Positions 54,280 to 64,000 of a stretch of 64,000 nt of DNA are shown here, piece after piece (position 1 is the first letter of the stretch; each line of letters begins with the position of its first letter). The notes below the pieces were generated by a model that saw nothing but the letters and a program-made list of their open reading frames with translations, was not told where the DNA came from and ran no database searches. The DNA is from Eledone cirrhosa (Eukaryota), in contig OZ024742.1 in NCBI GenBank assembly GCA_964016885.1, positions 337,094,001 through 337,158,000 of the forward strand, in the 5' to 3' direction. The position numbers were made by a program, and so were the translations under genes.

Positions 54280-54548
54280 ACAAACCAGAAGGAAATTTTG
54301 GTGGAAAAATTTGCTTCAACTGAGGATTTTTTTACAGGTATATCTATCAATGATTGTATTAAGTTTTAAATATATAGGTAAATAACATTACAAATTGCCC
54401 ACAATTCTTTCAGAATTGTTACTGTATTTATTCAAACATTCGTCCCATAATCTTATTTCCTGTTTCTATAATCTTATTTGCTGTTTCTTTTTTTAAACCC
54501 AAAGATTTCGATTTTATTCGATGTTTTAGAACTCCTTCATTTAGACAC

Positions 54549-54579
<31 letters not shown>

Positions 54580-54726
54580 ACAGTAATAGGAATATATAGG
54601 AATTAAAACCTGAATATTTACTAATATAGATACATATGTTTATACGTACATCTATCCATCTATACATACATACATGCACACGCACACGCACACTACATAC
54701 ACATACATTCATACATTTATAGATAG

Positions 54727-54757
<31 letters not shown>

Positions 54758-55202
54758 GGCATACGTTAAGACGGGCGTTGCGGAAAGTGAAAGTAAAATT
54801 TTTGACAACAATGTGAATTTTTTTTTTTTTTTTTTTTACAATGAAAGGTACGATACACACGCAATTGTATGGATTTCTTAATATATATATATGTGTAGGT
54901 GTGTACACTGTGAATTTGTTTGTTTATTTACAACAGGTCTCTATAGTGATATGGTGTTAATTAGTATTGCGTGTGTGATTATTTTTTCTTTAGATAGACG
55001 TTAAACGATGATGATGACACAAACACATATATATATACATACATACACACATATATATACACACCCACACATATATATATATTAAGAAATCCATACAATT
55101 GCGTGTGTATCGTAACTTTCATTGTAAAAAAACAAACAAACAAATTCACATTGTTGTCAAAAAATTTACTTTCACTTTCCGCAACGCCCGTCTTAACGTA
55201 TG

Positions 55203-55249
<47 letters not shown>

Positions 55250-56769
55250 GTACATACATATATGCATGTACATACATTCTGGAGAAAAATAGGATGTGAG
55301 GAAAAGAAGGCGGTGGCTGTGGCGGCAGTGTAATTAGAAGCTCAAATGAAGTATTGTTCTCGAGTTACACCAAAAACATGCAACCTCAATATGGATACAC
55401 TGGAGACTGACAGAAAATCTTAGGGTAAGAAAGCACCAGGAAGAGACTTGGTTGTTGGTTACAAGCCCTTAACGGAGATATAGATACACCAAGCTTGTTG
55501 GAGTTTGCAGATACAAAATTGGTCCTAACCACATCTCCCCCAAAACTCACTTGGCAAAAGACTACTAACTGATTGCATGCCAGAATTGTATCTATAAAAT
55601 GTATACAGCCTGTCTGAACCGATTCCTCCTGGAATACTGTGACAATAACAATATCATCACAGATGAACAAGCAGTTGGAAAGAAAGGGATTTGGGGATGT
55701 GTTGAGTAGCTCCTGATTAACAAAACTGTGATGTTAGAAGTGTGGCGACATACGAGAAACTTGCTAACCGTCTTGCTGGATTACACACATGAATACATAC
55801 GTAATACATACACACACATACATAAATATATACATATAGCGAAAGAAATGTTTTTTGCACGGTGTTTTCTTTTCCATTGCGGACACGGCTACCTTTTACC
55901 TCGCAGGGAAAGCAATAGATAAGATTGCCCGATGGAAGGATTCACGGCGCCAGGTGTATGAAGAACATTTTCTACAGCCATCTGTTATTTATCAGTAAAA
56001 TAACTAGCAGTCACTATAAATAGGCTGTCGTGTGACCTTAACATCATTCACTCCACTGCCTTTTCGCCTGTACAATACAGCCTGTATATATAACGGTTTA
56101 CTGCTACATTCACTTAGGGTCACTCTGGCCACCACAACTTGTCACTTTTCTTTTAAGGTAAAAAAACCCATGATAAATAAAAGATTCATGCACAACACTG
56201 AAGCTTTACCGAACACTATATTTATTTGTGAACACTATAATCAAACATATTTACGATTCGAAGTAATCATATTTTTTTTCTTTTTGTTGAATTGAAGTAA
56301 AGATAATATATTAAACCAGAATTGTTGGTATTTGTTGTGTTCGTAATTTCTCCTCTACCCCACCTCCTCCTCTCCATGTAAAATTTGTCCAGTGATTCTT
56401 TCCTGAGACATTTTAACCACATGCCCATAATATTGGAGCTGTGATCTCTCAATTCGGAGAAGTAGCAACTCTACCTGGAGTGACTCTCTGATCTCCGAGT
56501 AACGTTACTCCAAAGACTCTTTGGAAGAATCCCATTTCAGCTGCTTGTATTCGCGATCGTATTCTTTCGGTCATTACCCAAGATTCATGACCATAGGTAA
56601 ATGTTGGCACTAATACAATATTGAAGATAGCGAGTTTGGCTATCTCCCTTCTGATTACTGAATGCTGGCACATTACTGCACTAACTTCTGCAATTCTGGC
56701 ACGTAATTCAGCCTCCTGCCTTCCATCACTTGTGAATGTGGCCCCGAGATACTTTAACTTCTCTACCTG

Positions 56770-59210
56770 GGAAGCAAGGCGTTCAGAGTATGGTAGATGG
56801 CAGGTATTCGCTTGGTTGCACATCTCTGAACAGTTTCCAGGCGGTCAATGTTCTGAGCAAGATAGGGGTTCCAGACTAGTGATGCAAATTCTAAGTGTGG
56901 CCGCACCATAGCTATATGCAGCCTTAAATAGATAGAGAGCGGCTGACAAATGTCTTGCTGAGTGATGCTAAGACACCCTCGGCCTTCTTGACAATTTTAG
57001 AGATGTGCTTTGTCCAATGCAAATCGCTGCTGACAGTAATGCCCAAGTCACGTTCACAAGAAGACTTCTTGATATTAGTGTTGTGGAGGGAGTATGTGGA
57101 CGCTGGGTTTTTACTCCCAAAATGCATGGTGGTGCACTTGTCCACAGCCAGCTTGAGTTGCCAGTCTGTGATCCATTGTTGCATTGTGTCCAGGTTAGAT
57201 TGCAGGCAAGATCTATAGTGTTCAGGATCTGTCCATTTTATCTCAAGGTACAGCTTGATGTCATCTTCATATTTCAGTACTGTGGCATTATTTAAGTTGG
57301 CATCTATGTCATTAATATATGACACAAACAAAAGGGGCCAAGAACATATCCCTGTGGTACACCAGATGACATCTCATATGGTGAGGAATGCTGTCCTAGA
57401 ACCGTGACTACCTCTCCTCGACTGAGAATGATGGACTTCAACCAGTTAAAAAGATCATCCTTCACACCGATTGCAGAGAGTTTTCCATAAGTCTTTTGTG
57501 TGGCACAGAATTGAAAGCTTTAGCAAAGTCAAGGTAAACAACATCCACCCATGAGCCGCCATCAGTGATCCGGGTGATGTCTTCAAGAAACTCGATAAGT
57601 TGATCACACCAGCTGGAGTTATGGATAAATCCAAATTGCGAGGGCCGGATAAGACTGTGAGAGTTTCAGAAGTTCCAAAGCGTTTCTCTGACACAGGGTG
57701 CCATCAGTTTGGCAATGCAGCTAGTAAGGATGACTGGGCGATAATTCACAGGTGATGTGCGGTCACCCTTTTTGAACAGAGGAATGACTGACAGTTTTCT
57801 ACTGTTCTGGGGGCGCACCATTGTTCAGACAGAATTGGAAGAAGCGTGATAACTGGTGCAGAAGGAAGTACCTACCACGTTTGAGAAGCAGGTACGTAAC
57901 ATCATCAAGACACGGAGAGGCATGGTTGCGTTTATTTTTAAGGTGACGTCGCAGCATTGAAGGTGTAAATTCCATAGTTGTAATAGAATCCGATGTCAGA
58001 GGTGGTGGAGACGGTACACTCTGGTCTTCAATAGTGAAAATGCCTGCATAGCATTCAGCAATGAGCTCTACGCATTCCTTGGGGTCGTCAATAACCTGAC
58101 TTGTGTGGGGATTGCGAAGAGGACCAACTGGAGAGTGAGGCCTCTGCTTTGAGTGAACATACTTCCAGAACACCTTACTGTCGGGGATGGTTGCTATGCG
58201 CTGCTCACATTGAATCATTGCCTTTTTTTGTCACCTGTTTGAGATGGTTGGATGATTTATTTCGCTTCTTCCTATTGATATCTGATTTATGCAGTTTGTA
58301 CTCACGTTCAGCATTACGACGTTCTTTTCTGGCAAGACGGACTGCTGAAGTCTCCCAAATTGCACGTTTGGGATGTTTTTCTGCTTACGTGGCACCGATG
58401 CTGCATATGCTGTCCATATTGAGCTTAGGTTGTTATGGAGTACAGTGTTGACATCTCCAGAGTCGTAGAACTCAAGCCAGTTTGGACGTTGCAACTCGGT
58501 GCAGTTACAGTTCCAGTTTGCTTTATTACAGTCAAAGTGAGCAGTTTGGAGATGGTTGTGGTTCTTGTTACTGCCCACGATGGATAGATTGGCAATGACC
58601 ATAGCATGATCTGAGTCAGCTAAAGGTTCCTCAGTAGTAACACTAATGACCGTTTCAGGAGTAGTGGTGAAGAGTATGTCCAACGTGTTGTCATCTCTTG
58701 TTGGGGAGGTGACTACTTGGGACCAGTTCGAGTCCAGCACTAGCTCAAGGGAGTCATTTGCACTTGGCTGCCAACGAAAGGTTTCCCAGTCAATCTCAGG
58801 GTGATTGAAGTCCCCTGCAATAAAAACATAAGTGGCTATTTTCCTGGTAGCAACTCTGAGGATATCACAAAGCTAAGTGTTCTAATGGTAATTTGGGGGA
58901 CGGTAAACGATCCCAAGTAGTAGTGTTGACATGGTCATACGTATATCGCAGAAAAAAACTTCCTGCTGCGATTGGTTCAAATCAACACAAGGAATTGAGG
59001 AAAGATTTGACAGAACGTAGACCATTACACCACCACGACGACGATTAATGCGGTCTTTACGAAACAAGTTGTAGCCAGTTATGCTGAAAACCCCATCACA
59101 GAGTAAGGAATGTGCCCATGTTTCCGTGCCTGTAATGAAGTCATGGTTGATACTTTTGACGTAGGAGTCAAAAAGATGAATCTTATTGCATAGACTACGT
59201 GCATTCATGC
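56770..59210 (-). mobile_element. CR1-like LINE fragment, unit 7 (more diverged; YADD>YEDD)
   Basis: Copy of 1787-4228 with several private substitutions. Confidence 0.92.
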
Positions 59211-59807
59211 ATGGAGATGCAGAAACTGTCTCTTCCCCTCGTCTGTCCAGCCACGGCCGTCTGGCACTCCACCAGATGAGACAGCGAGCTTGCCTGATGC
59301 CCAAGCCTCGCTCGGCTCAGGAGGCTGCGGAAGATTCCGCTCAGGATCCCGAGAGCGGCCTGGGTGCCGGTAGCCGATGCCCTCGCTTCCTCGATCGAAA
59401 GTGCTCTGGACTCCAATCGAGCCTGCGACTGGGAGCTCCCCTTCTATTTCGCCCCACTCGCCCTTGGCCTCCCCAGCTCTGGCGCTGACCAAGGCGACCG
59501 GTCGACAGCAGCCTTTGCCAAGGCCAATGTTTCGTCCTTTGGGCAAGCGCCCATTCCAAGAGTGCCGAAGGACGCCATTATCCCTGCTCCAGGGTGCCTC
59601 CACCCCCGAGGCTAGCGCCAAGCGTTTAAGTGACCGCGTAAAAGCTAAACTTATCATGAGTGATGTCAAGGCCGCAGTCAGAATGGTTGCCTCAGAGGAC
59701 ACTGTCCTCCAACCCACCGAGGAGGTCCTTGCTGCCCTGCGACTCAAGCACCCTGAGCCACCTGCTGACATCCAACCCCTACCCCTACCCTATCCCCACA
59801 TGCACCT
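59211..59807 (+). mobile_element. Truncated CRE-like fragment, unit 7 (array end)
   Basis: Matches 4229-4838, with a 13-bp deletion between TCGCT repeats near 59312. Stops at ...CACATGCACCT. Confidence 0.9.
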
Positions 59808-60443
59808 AGGTAAATGTTGGCACTAATACAATATTGAAGATAGCGAGTTTGGCTATCTCCCTTCTGATTACTGAATGCTGGCACATTACTGCACTAACTC
59901 CTGCAATTCTGGCACGTAATTCAGCCTCCTGCCTTCCATCACTTGTGAATGTGGCCCCGAGATACTTTAACGTCTCTACCTGCTTCAGTGGAACTCCATT
60001 CACATGTAGAGTGCAGTGCGCAGGCTTCCTTGAGAGGACGTGTGTCTCAGTTTTCGTAGCACTGATTTTCATTCCAGCCATTCAATCAAGTGCGTGTCGA
60101 AGATCACTTTCTGTTGAGTTAAGTAACACTGTCATTTGCAAATTCCAGCCGACTGATTTTACATCTGCCAATCATGATACCACTTTCAACTCGGCTGCAC
60201 ATGTCAGTACTGTTCATGGAAATAATGAGCAGGAGAGGTGACAGTATACGGCCTTGGTTGGGTCTGCCTCCCATATTGAATAGTTTCGAGTTAGCACCAT
60301 TTATCCGAACACAAATACTTGGGCATTCATATAGAGACCTCAAGGCAGCAAGAAGCTGACCATCGATTCCATACAGCTGCAAAACCTTTCACAGCAGATC
60401 CCAAGGAATGCGGACATATGCCTTTTCAAGGTCAATAAAACAA
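59807..60443 (-). mobile_element. RTE-clade LINE RT fragment; uninterrupted continuation of the unit's RTE piece
   Basis: CFIDLEKAYVRIPWDLL, YGIDGQLLAALRSLY, QGRILSPLL, ISRLEFAND, AGMKISATKTE, LHVNGVPLKQVETLKYLG. Bases 59807-59982 duplicate 56594-56769. Confidence 0.9.
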
Positions 60444-60872
60444 ACGGGTCGCAGGTGGCAGATAGCGATACGGCCACCAGATATGATGGCTAGTTGCGAT
60501 ATAAGCGGACAACTGCTGGACGAATAAGCAACCCCTGACCAACAGCGGTAAACTATTAGGAGTGATGGAGCAGTGGGTGACACCTGTAGCCCCCAAGTAA
60601 TCTCTCACAACCCAGTGATGGAGCTATGACAAGGAAAGTAAAGGCCACCTATTGTGGGTTTGAGAAAAGTACCAAATTGGTCACTGGCATGAATGAGACC
60701 ACCAAAACACTGCAATATGGCTGGAAACAGTAAAGATATCAATACCATATAACAGGATAACAAGGGATACATTCAGGAATTAGGTAGAAGGGGGGGGAGG
60801 GGTGTTTGAAAAATCATGGCAGTCTCCACGCGATGCTTTAAGAACTGGCGCTAGGCTGGGCCTGCGACCTGT

Positions 60873-62273
60873 CATAGGAGGTGTGGGACTGACGTATGAA
60901 AGTTACGTGTCCTGACTCCTTTCTTACACACTGAGCATGGCCATTTCCCAGAGGGACCCTGTGCCTTATTTTCCTTTCTACATACTAAATTTTTAGTCTT
61001 AGACAAGTTAACTTTAAGGCCTTTTGGATCTAGGCCATGCTTGCATGTTTGGAACTTCTTTAGTTCAGCCATGGATTCAGCTATGAGAGTTAGATCATCT
61101 GCATATAGAAGTTCCCATGGGCAGCTGGTCTTAAACTCTTCTGTTATAGCCTCTAGGATAATAATAGATAGGAGGGGGTAAGAATGGAGCCTTGGTGAAC
61201 ACCTACTTTTACGCTAAATTCTTCACTATATTCATTGTTAATTCTAACCTTGCTGACCGTTCCTCTATACATAGCTTGTATAGCTTTCATAAGTCACTCG
61301 TCTACTCCTAGTTTTCTAAGTGCCTACCAGATAATGGAGCGGGGGACTCTGTCAAAGGCTTTCTCCAAGTCAACAAAAGCTAAGTAGAGGGGTTTACTTT
61401 TAGTAGTGACACTTCCAAGCTACCATTTTATCAGTATCAGTGAAGACAAGTAAACTATCATCATTACGGACACACTTCTCCTTGCAATCCTCAACACCTC
61501 ACGTTGTAGAACATGCTTGAATTTTCTATCCTCTGCTTCTCTTCTTGCAAAGTACACTTGTCGTCTAGCTTCTCTCCTAGCCACCTGAGAGTGATCTCTA
61601 CTTCCCCCATCCTGCCATCCTTTCCAAGCCTGCCTTTTGGCCCTGATTGTCTCCTCCACCATCAAGTAACTCTCCACCTCCCTAAAGGTCTGCTCCAGCC
61701 ACAGATTTCATCTGTCGCCTTCAGCAGGTTAACTTTCAGGAATTCTCACTGCTCATCTATATTGTACATTTCTAATTGCTCTTCCTTACTCTCAAAAGTA
61801 TCAAGTAATATACCTTTAAATTTGTTACTGGTTGTGAGGTCCTTCAACTTCCACATTCTTCTCCTCAAGGTTGTCCTCTGTTGTTGAGACTGAGGTCACT
61901 AACTATTAGTGTGTTGGAAGGTGCATTCTTCACCAGGGAGGGACTTAAAGTTTACAACTGACACTCTGTTTTGTCTTCTAGTAAGGATAAAATCTATCTG
62001 GCCCGTGTGCTCCTCTGATCTATAAGTGATCAAGTGATTGTCTCATTTTTTGAAGTTTGTGTTACAGATAGAAAGGTCCCTGGCATCACAGAATACCAGG
62101 ATCCTGAAGCCTTTCTCATTCTAGTACCAAACCCATAACCATCACAATGTTGTCCAACATGCCCATTAAGTTCGCCAGCAATAATTAAGTAGTCACTGTC
62201 GATTATTTGGGAGGTAGTGTGCATTAGCGACTCATAGAACCTATCTTTTATAACATCAAGTAAGCCAGATTGG
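60873..62273 (-). mobile_element. Second, older RTE-type LINE fragment (APE + RT + Cys-rich insert), internally deleted
   Basis: YLIIAGELNGHVG and GQIDFIL (APE); LYLAFVDLEKAFDRVP, PWELLYADDL, GLKVNLSKTK and KWPCSVCKKGV. Many stops and frameshifts. Confidence 0.85.
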
Positions 62274-62614
62274 GGTGCACATGGCTTAGTGGTTAGAGCA
62301 TTGGCCTTGCAATCAAAAAGTTGTGAGTTCAATTCTCAGACCGGGTGATGTGTTGTTTCCTTGAGCAAGAAACTTTATTTCACATTGGTCCAGTTTACTC
62401 AGCTGTAGAAATGAGATGATAGGGACTGGGGTCCATATCATTCCACTGCAAAGTGGTCGTGGAGGTGCCACGGCAAAAAAAGCACCCAGCACTCATTGTG
62501 AATGAGGTTGGTGTTAGGAAGAGCATCCAGCTGTAGAAATCAAGCCAGAATCAGTTCCCGTCCCACCCTTGCAAGCAGGGAAAAGTGGACGTAAAATGAA
62601 ATGATGATGATGAT
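62274..62614 (+). mobile_element. tRNA-derived SINE with CORE-like segment and (ATG)n tail
   Basis: A box TGGCTTAGTGG 62282-62292; B box GAGTTCAATTC 62325-62335; CORE-like TTCCTTGAGCAAGAAACTT; 3' GGTTGGTGTTAGGAAGAGCATCCAGCTGTAGAAA...GGACGTAAAATG(ATG)n. Confidence 0.85.
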
Positions 62615-63089
62615 ATACATATACACATATAAAATGTTAAAAAAATAATGAATAAAACAATGAAACAGTTCCTTATATTAAACAAAAAAAGTTCATTATT
62701 TAACGATCGTTTCTAGGACATATATGTGTTAGAATTGGCATGCATATTCAACAGATCTATGTACAAAATTATACAAAATTATACAAACTATCAAATATAA
62801 TATACATACCAACACATACATATGCCGTCTTCAGAAATAATGAAATATATTTATTGATAATAACAACAATTCAAAATTACAGGTCTGTTTGGGAACAGAG
62901 TTCAAATTGACCAATGAAATACACAAAAATATATCAAGAAAATACAGTTAGGTGTGTGTATATATGTAAGTAACCTCGTTCACAGATATGCATAAAAATA
63001 TATGTTCACATGCATACGCATGTCGAAAAAATGTATGTAAATACAAAAATTCAGGGCTAATGTCTCTGTATGTTTATAATCTACAGACA

Positions 63090-63655
63090 AAATACACATA
63101 CGTATATAAACATATATACACTCATATATACACACATATATACATACATTCATACACACACGTGCATATACACATAAACATACACATACCCACGAACATA
63201 CACACACACACACACACATACGTATATATTATTATTATAACTATATGGATATTAAGGCGCACACATAAACACTGCCACATATATTTACATCTAGATGCAG
63301 AATTAAAGTAGGTAAAGGGGGTCAGTAATTACTGAGGGTGTCAGACAACTGCCTATTTATAAAATGTATCTATAAATTTAGAAATAAAAAGAAATATATT
63401 AAAAAGAAATAAACAAGTAAAATATATACTCATACATAAAATACACACCGATATACATATATATATATATATGTGCGTATCTATATGTGTCTATGTATTT
63501 ATATATGTATATGTATGTGTCTCTATATATATGTGTGTGTATATATATGTATATGTATGTGTATATATGTATATATATGTATATGTATATATATATGTAT
63601 ATCGATGTGTATTTTATATTTTACTTGTTTATATATTTTTTTTTATATATTTTTA
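63090..63655. repeat. Low-complexity (TA/CA/TG) tracts with an imperfect inverted repeat (about 63386-63470 / 63590-63655)
   Basis: ATAAACAAGTAAAATATA...TAAAATACACACCGATATACATAT pairs with ATATGTATATCGATGTGTATTTTATATTTTACTTGTTTAT. Confidence 0.7.
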
Positions 63656-63660
63656 ATATA

Positions 63661-64000
63661 TAGAAGTAGCTCCTATATATGAGCAAATAGAATCTTTAGT
63701 TTTAACTTTACATTTATAAACTATGTTGTTAACAAGACAATTTCCTTTTAATGGGCAGTTTGCTTTGTTTCTACAGTTACAACCTTTCGTTAATTCTGTA
63801 TTTGAGGAGATATTATGGTTAGTTTGATGTATTGGTGGTATACTTATGGTTTTTTTACATTTATATGCATTATAGGCACTTATATTTTGTTTCATGTTTT
63901 TGGTTGTTGAGTATTAAAACTAAAGATTCTATTTGCTCATATATAGGAGCTACTTCTAACAATTTTAAGGTAAGGTTTAATACCCACAAACATAGTTTTA
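63661..64000. mobile_element. Penelope-like element GIY-YIG endonuclease fragment with an internal inversion
   Basis: Minus strand: CNCRNKANCPLKGNCLVNNIVYKCKVKTKDSICSYIGATS. Plus strand from 63914: KTKDSICSYIGATSNNFKVRFNTHKHS. 45-bp perfect inverted overlap. Confidence 0.85.

Noticed and set aside
62274-62345. Functional tRNA gene
   Set aside because: The A and B boxes continue directly into a CORE-like body and (ATG)n tail; it is a SINE head.

Overview
Eukaryotic, AT-rich, microsatellite-rich DNA, most likely cephalopod (Octopus-type tRNA/CORE SINE with (ATG)n tail; this is inference). Bases 1-59807 are a head-to-tail array of a near-identical ~8.8 kb unit: six complete copies starting at 1, 8825, 19825, 28629, 37468 and 46299, plus a truncated seventh at 54992. 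Each unit is mostly dead non-LTR retrotransposon debris (R4/Dong-like, RTE, CR1 and CRE fragments). It carries one intact, non-TE ORF: a 172-aa protein with a ParB/sulfiredoxin-like signature (IRFSQDSI...YSLDNRRL...KFTT). Directly upstream is a compact GATA / STAT(GAS) / IRF-E / STAT / GATA cluster, then AP-1 + GAS. Downstream is a 149-bp-arm inverted repeat with a perfect IRF-E in each arm. Main hypothesis: a recently amplified, IRF/STAT-inducible innate-immune gene encoding a ParB-fold enzyme. Unit 2 alone holds a very young 2.1 kb non-autonomous LTR element with identical LTRs and an extended tRNA-Trp PBS. The array ends by jumping back into an RTE with a 176-bp duplication. After it come old RTE fragments, a SINE and an inverted Penelope GIY-YIG fragment. 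All comparisons were made by eye; no searches were run.
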